A stretch of 63,277 bases of DNA, filler included, from Globobulimina sp. (Eukaryota), in NCBI GenBank assembly GCA_003354225.1. It is 24 parts of 24 records of this genome, joined end to end, with 100 filler letters (N's around TTAATTAATTAA, not from the genome) between each part and the next. Parts side by side here need not be neighbours in the genome. Positions count along the whole stretch, not along the records: positions 1 to 2,543 come from PIVH01006090.1; positions 2,644 to 5,186 come from PIVH01006091.1; positions 5,287 to 7,829 come from PIVH01006092.1; positions 7,930 to 10,472 come from PIVH01006093.1; positions 10,573 to 13,115 come from PIVH01006094.1; 19 more parts are not named here. One strand, 5' to 3'. The position numbers were made by a program, and so were the translations under genes. Positions 1-11,103 of this stretch are shown here, piece by piece. The stretch's first letter is position 1, and the number at the start of each line of letters is the position of its first letter. The notes under the pieces were generated by a model. It did no database searches. It was not told the origin of the DNA and was given only the letters and a program-made list of their open reading frames with translations.

Positions 1-199
1 AATTATATATTGAATGGATTTGAATAGGAATGAATGGATATGATTAGGAATGACTTGTAATGAATGATAATGAATGCCATTCATACCCATTGCGCGTTGG
101 TTAGAATTTATGGGATGCTCTATTCATTGAATAAGCCCATATGTATACAACCATTCAACATTAATATTTGAATGAAACTGAATGACTTTAATATTTAAA

Positions 200-600
200 T
201 CAATGAATGAATTCCAAACTTGTGCACTTACGAATAACTAGCTGGTTGTTGGTATCTTTTAATTTGTTCCAAATATGGTGCGCTTCGTCCCATTGCTGGT
301 ATTTTGTCAAAAATGAAAACGTTGCTGTTATTAATTGGTAGTTTGGTTTGATGTTAAATGTTTCCACTTCATTCATTAATTGCTTATATATTTGAATCGC
401 TTTATCTTCGTTTTTATAAATATTCGAATGGTTTAATATCCAAATCATATGATAATATATATATATATATACGTTGGCATCAACAATAAATTTTGACTTT
501 GCAAACTCAAATAATTGCCAACATACTTCATAACCATTCAAACTCGAACATTTCCTGATTTCTCTATGGATATCTTCTGCGGTTTGATCATCTTTTCGAT
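200..600 (-). pseudogene. PPR-like helical repeat fragment
   Basis: DKAIQIYKQLMNEVETFNIKPNYQLITATFSFLTKYQQWDEAHHIWNKL resembles PPR helix pairs; the upstream reading frame is broken. Confidence 0.45.
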
Positions 601-766
601 GTATTACAAAATTGAAAATTCCAAATTTCTTGCGATGTTTTACATGATAGAATTGGATCTACAGTGATGTGAGGCTGCGGTAAATGATATCCATTGTGCT
701 GAATGCCGTTTGATAATCATATAAACAAACTGGAATTACCTGAATTAAGGCGCCATACCGCCAATA

Positions 767-834
767 TCCCACGCCAGGATTTGAACCTGGATTCTTGCAT
801 AAAAGCAGTGCTCTTCTAATTGAGCTACGTGAGA
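767..834 (-). ncRNA. tRNA-like element without a canonical anticodon loop (copy 1)
   Basis: TCTCACG TA GCTC AATTAGAA GAGC A CTGCT-TTTA-TGCAA GAAT CCAGG TTCAAAT CCTGG CGTGGGA: 7-bp acceptor stem, D-stem, T-arm/B-box; anticodon arm is only 14 nt. Confidence 0.75.
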
Positions 835-1263
835 TTTATGCACCAGCAAATCGCCAACAACAAAATCAATATGTTTTGTTGGTATATAGATATAAAAGCT
901 AATGCTGAGGTGTTCGATAACATCAGTACAAAACAAAAAAACCTTTTCAAACAGCAAAAAAAATCAGTACTTATCGGAGACCCCTAATAAAACTATTTTA
1001 CTGGCAATTGCAATGCTGTTCATCTTTTCTAGTATGATTTGGATCACAGGTTGGGCTTAATTTACTTGTACCAGGAGTATAACAATTGGCAGCACACCAA
1101 CTATGTGAGACAACTCGTATGTTAATTGATTTACATGGTACTGTTGAAGCAGTGGTTGGTGATGCAGGGTTTCGATTTCATTTTTTGCACAAGCCGTGTT
1201 TGCCATTCTTACAGAGAACAGAAGAAAGAAAAATGAGTTGATGTAAGTTAATGATAAAAATTA

Positions 1264-2543
1264 GTGGAAAACCTGCTCGTCACGATTGGCAATTTTGTAG
1301 CAAGCAAAGAGTCAAAGGACTTTCGGGCATTCATTGCTCATTATTCTTTGGACCAAATCGAAGCCAAACTAGTCGAGGAAGGAATTACCATCAAGTTCTT
1401 GTTAGATACATCAGCGACACAACTCGATACAATCGCTGCGTCATTGGGAATCAATGCCATCCAACAAATTAAATTCAAAAAAGCTGTTCTAGCAATACAA
1501 CAAACTAAATATCCCAATAAGAGCCATCCGATTATTGATGTACCACTGCCAACAAACAACAACAACAAACGAAAGAATCCATATTCAAATCAAAACACAC
1601 CAAATCCAAAAAAACAAAAAACGTTAACCAATATTTCAGAAATATTCAATGTTCCAAATTCAAATGACACATTACCTGTAAATTCAAATTCAAATTCAAA
1701 TCAAGAAACATCATTTTTAATTGACAATCACAAACGGCATTGTTTGGGTAATGATAAAAATCAACAATATCCGCCTCATGCTCCTCAAGCAAAACATGAT
1801 TTACATAGAAAAGAAGAGCAACAATTGATTGAATGCAAATATTGTGAGTATGGATGTAATATTCAATCAATATCTGAACATGAATTATATTGTGGTTCGC
1901 GGACTGATGATTGTCCAAAATGCCGACAAAGAGATACTTTGCGAAATATAAAACTTTGTAAACATCAATGTCATAATACAAATGTTTCCAAACTCACTTC
2001 AAATCCAGAAACGTTTGATTTTTCCGACCAAAAAATAAATTATGAATTACAAAATGAATATACTCCAAAATTTGAAAGGCAATTATATGATTTGCAGAGA
2101 ATTTTACATGATCGATTTGTAAAGAATAATAAAGAGATTTCCTCTCATTTTGAGGAATATGATGCTTTCGGACTTAAACAGAAAAAAAATAGCAATGGAA
2201 ATATATCAAATATTCGGACATTGAGAAGTTATAATATGTCAAATCATAATTCGAATGAAACAACATCTGAATATAAAGCAAATACTAACAATAAATCCAA
2301 AAATGAGTCTATGAAAGAAGATGGAGAGAAATATAAGAAAATATTGACTTTATTGGAGACGATATTAAGGAATATAAAGGAGCAGCCACTTAATGATAAA
2401 TATCGGCGGTTGAAATGTAATAAAGAAAAATTAAAAACGTTTATATTTAGCTACAGTCCATGTTGTAAGTTTTTGTTTTTATGTAATTTTAAATTTGTTA
2501 GAATTGATGGCGATGATTTTTATGAAATGAGAGATGTTAATAT
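1264..2543 (+). CDS. SAM-like + TRAF/XAF1-type zinc finger + PUB domain protein (3' truncated)
   Basis: SAM-like N-terminus (KLVEEGITIKFLL...LGINAIQQIKFKKAV); CKYC..EHELYCGSRTDDCPKC; PUB-like LLETILRNIKEQPLNDKYRRLK; true start uncertain. Confidence 0.6.
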
Positions 2544-2643
2544 NNNNNNNNNNNNNNNNNNNNNNNNNNNNNNNNNNNNNNNNNNNNTTAATTAATTAAN
2601 NNNNNNNNNNNNNNNNNNNNNNNNNNNNNNNNNNNNNNNNNNN
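2544..2643. other. Artificial contig-joining linker (N44-TTAATTAATTAA-N44); 23 identical copies across the window
   Basis: Identical 100-bp spacer with a six-frame stop, recurring every ~2.64 kb; the flanking contigs are sorted by length. Confidence 0.99.
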
Positions 2644-3814
2644 GGGCGTCTATATGAGCATTGCAAAAGGCATTGAAAGTGTCGCCAAAAGTTTGAGAGG
2701 CGGCGTCTTTATGAATCTATAAAAATAATTTTGTTTTTCTTTTGTTTGTGGCCTTTTCGTGTGTATTTTGTTTTGTTTTTTGTTTTTTGCTTTTGTGATG
2801 ATATGTACTTATTATTATTATGTAATATATAAACCAGAGGAGAAATATGCCTTAATTATGATTTAACAGTGTATAATTAATTGATTTCTATGGTCGCAAA
2901 CGCTATCCTTGCACAGATCTTTTTTTCTTCGTTTCGTTAAATTAAAGTACGAAACGGAGCGCAAAGAAAGGAACATAAGAAATGGATCCGTGCAACAACA
3001 TAAATGTCATAAATCATATTTAATTATTAATACAAACATATAGTAATATTATTAATTATTATTGTGGTACGCAATGAGGTCTTTATGGTATTAATACCCG
3101 ATATTCTGCCCGTGGTAACTCCTAAAATTAAGCCACAAAATATTCCAAAACATAATGCTAAAATTCATGCAATATGAGGTGGTGCGAAGGTGTTAAATCG
3201 TTAAAACGCCATCAAAATCATATAAAATAATTTTGATTTTCTTTATATTTACACTTAAATCGATGTCGCGATCCCGATCCCGATCCTGTGATGTTATCGA
3301 CAAATATCTCTTTTATAGCAATACAATTCTTTTATAGCATAACACAGCGTATTCTTATCCAAATTGCGTGAATTATGCTTATACGTAAATGCAATAACTG
3401 ATATTTCGACGCATAATAAAATCAAGAAATAGGAGACATAGTCGGTGACATTGTCAATGACTGTCGATAACAATGTGTTTGGTCTCTTTTCTCGCATTGA
3501 TATGGCTATAATGTGTTGCAATAAATTTATTAAATTTATACCATTGATAAATTTATCATTGACAGTAATAAACTGTTTAATTTTTTCAAATTTTTAATAT
3601 TTACAATATTTATGCCATTATTCAAATTTTTGGTTTTATTCCATACATATTTGCGGATATCAATTAATGTCAAAATTACTAGCAATGCGCCAATAATACA
3701 AAACAAATATGAATATAAACAATATCCGTTGTGCTGAATGCAATGATATAACATAAAAATAAAAAGCTTTCTTTTTCATTCCATAAAATCCAAATCCATT
3801 GCACGATGATGTGC

Positions 3815-3880
3815 TGTCGCCACAGGATTTGAACCTGTATCTTCTGGATTAATCCAGTGCTCTGCTTGAGCTATGCGACC
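3815..3880 (-). ncRNA. tRNA-like element with a 4-nt loop in place of the anticodon loop (copy 2)
   Basis: GGTCGCA TA GCTC AAGCA GAGC A CTGGA-TTAA-TCCAG AAGAT ACAGG TTCAAAT CCTGT GGCGACA. Confidence 0.85.
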
Positions 3881-4073
3881 ATTTCTGTTGTATTTACCAT
3901 TGCAATTTTCTATGTGGAGGTTTATTTTTCAAATGAATTATAAACCATATGGAGAGACAGTAGAGGCAATAGAGTGAGGACTATTTATTAATCCACTCTG
4001 CTGGCAAGCAATCCTCGTGACATAAGTAGACATCAAATGTAACGGTCTCGAAAAAAACTTAGTTGGACATAGT

Positions 4074-4560
4074 CTAATGATTATCTTTTAAGACATGGAT
4101 ATCACGGGATTTCAGTGTAGAAACAACAGAATTATTCACCAATCTTTTAGCTATTTTCTCAGAAACGGGTAATGATTTAATTTTATTTTTATTATGTTTG
4201 TTATTGAAGCAATTATATGCTGCTTTTTTAGTGAAAATATCAGCGATACGGATACCATGATTTGTATCACGTTTACATTTTTGAAGACGAACAGATATTT
4301 TATAATCAGTATACAAATAATTAATGCAAGAATGAATTTGTTTGACATATTTTATCAGGACATAATCATACGTTGTTTGTATTTTTGCCATCCATAATAA
4401 TGCATTAATATTATCAGAGATTATATAAATAAATCGGAATTTTTCCAAGAGATCAGGTGGAAATTTCATAATTTGTTGAATTACAGTTAAAATTCCTATT
4501 AATTCCACTATATTAACATCGTATGCATAACCAACAGCCATTAAGTCTTTGTGTATAGGA
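4074..4560 (-). mobile_element. Retrotransposon-type RNase H fragment (5' truncated, non-LTR-like)
   Basis: VELIGI / IYIISDNINAL / HGIRIADIFTKKAA match the RNase HI E-D-D motifs; the first Asp (DGS) motif is missing and the WVxGH motif is degenerate. Confidence 0.65.
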
Positions 4561-4794
4561 ATGACATTATATTAATGTTGTAAATGCTTGAAATGAACAA
4601 AGATTATGTTATGCTGACAATGCACGTATGCAATGTCATCATCATATTCATTCCAATCCCAATCCCAATAATATTCTTTCTTTGTTTGTATTTGGTGGCT
4701 GCTTATACCGCTTATTACCACCAAATACATTTTCCCATTAATTTTTCATTCCCAATTAATATCAATTAATTTTTGTTTCGTTTTTTTCGTTTGA

Positions 4795-4859
4795 GATCGC
4801 CTCATGATTTGAACCTGAATCTCTGGACGCATCCAGTGCTCTGCTTGAGCGAGGCGACA
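4795..4859 (-). ncRNA. tRNA-like element with a 4-nt loop in place of the anticodon loop (copy 3)
   Basis: TGTCGCC TC GCTC AAGCA GAGC A CTGGA-TGCG-TCCAG AGAT TCAGG TTCAAAT CATGA GGCGATC, followed by an A-rich tract on the minus strand. Confidence 0.8.
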
Positions 4860-5286
4860 GTATGGAATCCATTTTATTGTATAGCTTCATGATAATATCG
4901 CCTTTATGTCCATTGTGTTTGTTTAGGCGAAATCTCTGCCAATTGCCACTTCGTAATGAAACCAGACATTTTGTAGCTTACAGTGAGTGACTGGGAGTTA
5001 TTAGACGAACGTATTGTTTTAAAAAAAAAAACTGTGTTAGTCACTTATTTGGATCTATTATATCGATCCACTACAGCCGAAAATGAAAAATGTTTCTACA
5101 TAATGTTCCTTTTCCATCCCACAGTAACTATGCTCTGCAAACTGCAACAAAATACAACAGAGTGACTAAGACTAATCGCGAATATANNNNNNNNNNNNNN
5201 NNNNNNNNNNNNNNNNNNNNNNNNNNNNNNTTAATTAATTAANNNNNNNNNNNNNNNNNNNNNNNNNNNNNNNNNNNNNNNNNNNN

Positions 5287-7829
5287 ATTTAATAATTTCG
5301 CTGTCATCGTCCCACGAACTATTCGCAATATGGCCCGCATACAGCCCGCCCCCTTCAAATACCAATGCTATTTGTGTTGGCCGTAAGTAACTAATCACGC
5401 CATTTATGTCCGCAAACGTATCGACTGTGCACGTTACTAAACTGCCATCATTGGTACACCTATAACTCGGATCTATTGGCACAGAAAATGTTGGTTTGTG
5501 TGTTGGCGACTTTGAGGGAGCTAAAGTCGTTGGTGACGTAGGTGATGCAGAGGGGTTTAATGTGGTTGGTTCCTTTGTAGTGGGTGACATTGTTGGTGTT
5601 GGTGTTGGTGCATTTGTAGTCATTGTGGGTGACAGTGTTGGTCGAACTGTTGGATTTAAACTGGTCGCTGTTGGATATTTGCTAGGCTGTAATGTGGTGG
5701 TTGGTACTGTCGGCATAGTCGGCGATTTTGTCGGATGCGATGTGCCAACAACCACAATTGTTCCAGATGAGGATCCCGTGGCAGCTGAAAGTATTTTATA
5801 TATTGCAGTTATTGAATATATTTCAAATATATATACCTGAATAACCACCATAATCATCAGTATTAATGTCCATTTCTTTCAATGCATTATTAACTTCCCC
5901 CCAATTTGTGTCATCTGGCAGCAATTTGGTAGTTTCTTGGGGTATGGTTATTAATGATGCAGTATAACTAAATATTATCGTCAATATTAATACCACAGTA
6001 ATTAAAAAAATACCCAACCCTTTCTTCATTAAAATGAAATATAAATCTGTACAATCACCAAATTGCGTTTCTGCTTCAAACGAGCCATCATTACTTTTAT
6101 TTTTACGTTTTGACAATTTCTTAATGGATTGTCGTCTTTTATCGATCATTGATTGTCCCATTTTTGAATTATCCAATCCATATAAATATGATTTACGTTT
6201 TTGTGCATCCGGAACAGCAAAAAAAATTGATTTTTGATTGTAACGCGTGTTCGCATTATGTGTATACAGTCGATTGCCAGACATTACAGTCATCACTGAT
6301 TTGCGTCGCCACATTGACGACATTCGCGAGGATAAACGTCGAGGATCGTTAACATTGTTCGCCTCATTCTCCTGTGGCAATGGAACAGCGACAGCCAACC
6401 ATTTGGTACATTTATCGATATGAAAGTCATATTCCATGGAGCTCATAACAAACCAAACATAGCTTTGCAGCACGACAGGAAACCAGGTCATGACTAGAAT
6501 AAAATTGGTCAATACCAAGCTACCCAAAAACCAGCCAAACTGAGGTAGCGGATTAATAGTCGACAAACATAGACTAAAAAACGAAAATGCCGTCGTAAAC
6601 GAAGTAACAAACATCGCCGATCCGGCTTCTCTGTACGCAAAGGCTAAGCGTAAATGATTTGGTATCATTTCCCCATTGATTGACTCTAACGGAGCTCGAC
6701 GATACGATGAGATAAACACGCAAATGTCATCCGAGCCGATGCCCAATATCACCCAGATCGAGACCATATTGATTAAGTTAAATGATTGGCCCCATACCAT
6801 TTCATAGACTGCAAAGCATGGCACAAAGGAACAACATACGCCTAACAGACCAAATGTGGTGATGTAAAATGAGCGACAATACATATATAATACGAGATAA
6901 ATGATTATCAATGACGTGATTGCCAGGTTCAGATCTTGTGCTAAATAGTAATACAACTCATCGTTTAATATAACACCGCGTGAATCAGATACCGCTACGC
7001 CAATATATGCGCGGATGGAGGAATCCAATTGGTCAAAGAAGTTGAGTTTGTAGGATGCCACCCAATTATACAAATCTTCAGACGATTCAAAGCCATGCTG
7101 GTAACCGAACGGATATATGGCTGCTAGATATTTGCTGGACACGTTGGCGAAATTGAAGCCGAAGTCGAAAAAGCCAGTGATGCCACCAATATCATTATAG
7201 GTTCGTATCGTTTCTTCAATATCGCCATTTTTCAATGTCAACTCATCTCCGGCACCGTTAAAGACATAGTTTCCTAAAATAATTTGCGGATAAATGTAAT
7301 TTAAAAATGATCCTGGCGATGCTTCTAAATATAAACTAGTGTATTGTCTGCCAAATATTGTCTTTATACTTGTATCCGTTTCCTCGTAAATTATCGAATG
7401 ATTACGATATCCGTTGTATTGTTTGATGCCCTTTTCAATTAAATGTACCTTCTCCAATAACTCTGCTGTTAATATGTTATTTGTTTGCTTTGAATAATAA
7501 AATACAGTCAATGCGTCTGCAGCGATGGCGCGATAATAATAATCTGTCTGTGAGTATAGTATATATCCATATTTCTCAGCATATGCCAACCGCCTTCTCG
7601 TTGCATGTGCCTCTGTATCGGCATTGGTCGATGTTGACGATCCATATCCCAATGAGTCATAACTGGTCTTTGTGGCCAACACATACTGATTAAAATCATT
7701 TGATATCTCGCTATTTATAACCTTAAAGTCACTGAAATTAAAGGACAAACAAATCGGATACAATGCCGTGTAAACACCAAATAAAATCATAATTATTAAT
7801 ATGCTCCAAAAGCAGGCGCAACAGCCGTA
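5287..7829 (-). CDS. Patched/Dispatched-family RND transporter with sterol-sensing domain (partial at both ends; intron 5785-5836)
   Basis: VILGIGSDDICVF (GxxxDD) and AYREAGSAMFVTSFTT; multiple TM helices; a 52-nt GT-AG phase-1 intron joins ORF 5823-7790 to the Pro/Thr-rich ORF 5231-5857. Confidence 0.85.
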
Positions 7830-8450
7830 NNNNNNNNNNNNNNNNNNNNNNNNNNNNNNNNNNNNNNNNNNNNTTAATTAATTAANNNNNNNNNNNNNNN
7901 NNNNNNNNNNNNNNNNNNNNNNNNNNNNNTTCTGAACTGTTCAGAAATGATGTTTAAAAATTCCGTACTTTTCCGCAAAAAATTGATGATTTTTGAATTC
8001 TAGATCGAAAACTCTCATTCTAGATCATGACACCACATTTTCTCTGATCATGTCAAAATATTAAAAGTTTGAATGATTTAGATGCTATATACTGAAATTT
8101 TAAATTGACTGATGTTTTGGCATTCTTGATTGGAGCCACGACGGTCTTTGCAGTCACAGTTGTGTGTCTGTTCAAAACACACACAATTTATGAATCCGAC
8201 CTCCGAAACGAATTGACTAATTTTGCAGTGCAAATCATTATTTTGCTCATATTTGTGACGAGTATTCGATGCAGACAATGTGGATATGACCACGAAAAGT
8301 ATGAAAAATCAAGAAAATGTCAGGAAAAGTGCGACCATCGATCTATGATCCCAATTCCGTCGATATGGATTCGAATCTGTTCGGAAAAAGAAGAACAAAA
8401 GTGGATTATTCACTCGGTTTCGATTTGAATCAAAAAACGGAAGTGTGTGT

Positions 8451-10277
8451 GTGTGTGTGTGATGTCAGTGCTGTATGTGCTTGTGTCTCGATCCACTCAT
8501 TTGTTGGGCGTTTTTTTATGCTTTTGGTTGTTACTTTTGTGCAATTTTGTTGTTAAAATTGATGGGTTATTTTTATATATATTTCCGAGACGTGTTTTTG
8601 TGAATCCAAATGAAAAAGAGAGAAACTTAAGTAAAAGCCAGCAACCCAGATTAAGAACCAACACATGCACTCTTTTTTTGCTATTCACATTTTGATACAC
8701 AAATACAAAAGGAGAAATTAAGTCTGTCATTGTGCAATAATTTATGGAAACGCATTACAAATAATTTATTAAAATAAATGCTCTGTCTCAATGTACTATT
8801 TTACAGTGCCATTCAGCTGCACTCAATGCGCTTGATTCAATGGAAATTAATCGATTATGGCTGGTGCGAATATATCAATGCATCAGATGGGAACAAACGC
8901 ATTTTATTACAATCATTACATGGATACAATGTGGTATACTGCGCCTGAAATGCATATTTACTCTATGAACGTACAGAATGTGTTTAGTGCAAAGACTGAT
9001 GTTTGTGGCTTGGCTGTGAGTGTTTTGGACATTCCGAACAGGGGAAATATTGGTGTCTTTCAAGTCGTGAATGAAGAAAATGAGAATTTGGAGGCGAGTC
9101 TGCATGTCTAAAAAAGAAAGGGAAAATGCGAAACTAATCCGAAATAAGAAACAGAAATGAATTGGAATGGGCACATTTGAATGGTACCGGTTTATTGTTC
9201 AATAAAAGTGATAAATTTGGAGGTATAATCCCTGGTCAGATACTATGAGCGCAACAGAGTATCATTCATTCCAAATGCCAAACAATGTACGATTATTTTG
9301 CATGATTCGAGCCATGGTTTGTGGTGCCAATATATGATAGAATGGTTGATGAGTGTGTGCTGCGTCATTTCTGCATTTTGTGTGTGCTTTATGTGCTTGT
9401 GTCTCCACTCATTTGTTGGGTATTTTTTCATGCTTTTGGTTATTCATTAAAATGGATGGGTTACTTTTATTTATATTAATATTTCCGAGACGTGTTTTTG
9501 TGAACCAAATGAAAAAGAGAGAAACTTAAGTAAAAGCTCAGACAAAAACCGTGGGGATTGGACAACTTGTTTTTTTTTACGCTTTTACTTCAGTTATATA
9601 CTCTTTCATGATTAAACTTTTTTGACCAACCTACCTCGTCAAATACATGAATACAAGGACAATACACTCATAGAACCAAATCAACGTACAAACACATGCA
9701 TTCTTCATTAATTGCAAAGTCAACGCATATCCAGATTAAAAAAGGAGGCAAAAAAAAATACACAGCTGACGAAAAAAACCAAGAAAAAATACACTGCAGA
9801 CAAAAAATTGAAAAAAACGCACTGAAAATGATCACATGCGTGAGATCAGCATATTAGTACAAAATGTTAATGATTTGAAAAATATGTTTATCCAATATTG
9901 CAATACACAAGTTCACAAGTTTCTGAGTCTAAAACTGATTAATATGTCAAGATCCATCAGACTCGAACAAAGAACATTATCTCTCAATCATCTATAAAAC
10001 CATCGGTGCCTGAAGGCAACGTAATGTTTATGAGTGTGTGTTGTGTCGGTAATTTATGCATTTTTGTGACATTTTGTGTGTGTGATGTCAGTGCTTTATG
10101 TGCTTGTGTCTCCACTCATTTGCTGGGCATTTTTTCATGCTTTTCGTTGTTACTTTTATGTAATTTTGTTGTTTCAATCGATGGGTTATTTTTATTTATA
10201 TTTAATTTCCGAGATGTGTTTTTAAGAACCAAAAGAAAAGAGAGAGACTTAAGTAAAAGCTCAAACAAAAACCGTGG
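8451..10277 (+). repeat. Three diverged direct copies of a ~190-200-bp repeat (about 8451-8638, 9378-9555, 10076-10277)
   Basis: Shared core TATGTGCTTGTGTCTC..CACTCATTTG..GATGGGTTA..TTTCCGAGA..AAGAGAGA.ACTTAAGTAAAAGC. Confidence 0.9.
8857..9111 (+). pseudogene. Degenerate protein kinase fragment (subdomains VIII-IX)
   Basis: DTMWYTAPEM...FSAKTDVCGLAVSVLDI resembles GTxxYMAPE...YSxKSDVWSLGV; the other subdomains are not seen. Confidence 0.55.
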
Positions 10278-10572
10278 TAGAATACTATAGGATAGAACCA
10301 AGTCAACCAACACATGCACTGTTCTTTCGATATTGAAATAATTATTACCGTTTATCATTTTGTGTTTTGTAAAATATTGTTTGAGTTTTAGATACATATC
10401 ACACTGCACACTCGCCTGGGATTCCTTTTGTTTTGACTGAAATTTATATTTGCTATCGTTGGTTGTAGTTTTNNNNNNNNNNNNNNNNNNNNNNNNNNNN
10501 NNNNNNNNNNNNNNNNTTAATTAATTAANNNNNNNNNNNNNNNNNNNNNNNNNNNNNNNNNNNNNNNNNNNN

Positions 10573-10639
10573 CGCCGAGCTGAAGTAGAGGACTGGATAG
10601 ATATATCCAGACGATTCAGGTTCAACGCCTGAGGCGCCC
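10573..10639 (+). ncRNA. tRNA-like element (copy 4, 5' end cut by the contig start)
   Basis: CGCC GA GCTG AAGTA GAGG A CTGGA-TAGATATA-TCCAG ACGAT TCAGG TTCAACG CCTGA GGCGCCC; same CTGGA/TCCAG arm as copies 2 and 3. Confidence 0.75.
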
Positions 10640-11103
10640 CCAAAACCTATCCAAATATTGATTGGATTAAATGAATTGGAAATTTGGTATTTAATAAAAT
10701 AAATGAATTAATTTATTGAGAAAGGAATTGATAAACTGAATTGGAACAATCTACTTGAGCTCGGCGATGCTTTCATGTTCCTCTTTGTGAATATCCATTG
10801 TTCTCATGTTCCTGTATAGGTTTGACAAGTTTGCGAGTTTACGGCAATTTTTACACAAACGTTGTTTTCTTGTACCTGAGAAACGTTCGTCATGCTGTAC
10901 AGTAAAGTAAAAAAAAAACGAACATGTTAGATCTCTTCAATCTTAGTGTTTTGAAGATCTGTCCGTCTCTCGGATAGGTACTGTATTCTGTATACAAATA
11001 TTGGCAGACTAGCTAATATTTTTCGAATTAAGAATTTCGAGGTGCTGTGTAATACAAAAAATAACGCTTTCTTCAGTTTGCTCATTATTTAATACGTAAG
11101 AAA

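Noticed and set aside
1-200. GAATGG/TGAAT-rich tract as telomeric repeat
   Set aside because: Irregular low-complexity sequence with no perfect tandem unit
745-957. 70-aa ORF overlapping tRNA-like copy 1
   Set aside because: No recognisable protein features; better explained by the structured element
5496-5840. Val/Gly-rich ORF and similar antisense ORFs (e.g. 37967-38290, 49052-49459, 62718-63191)
   Set aside because: Shadows of low-complexity coding sequence on the opposite strand
767-10639. Calling the four cloverleafs ordinary tRNAs with an anticodon
   Set aside because: None has a 7-nt anticodon loop or the D-loop GG, so no isotype can be assigned
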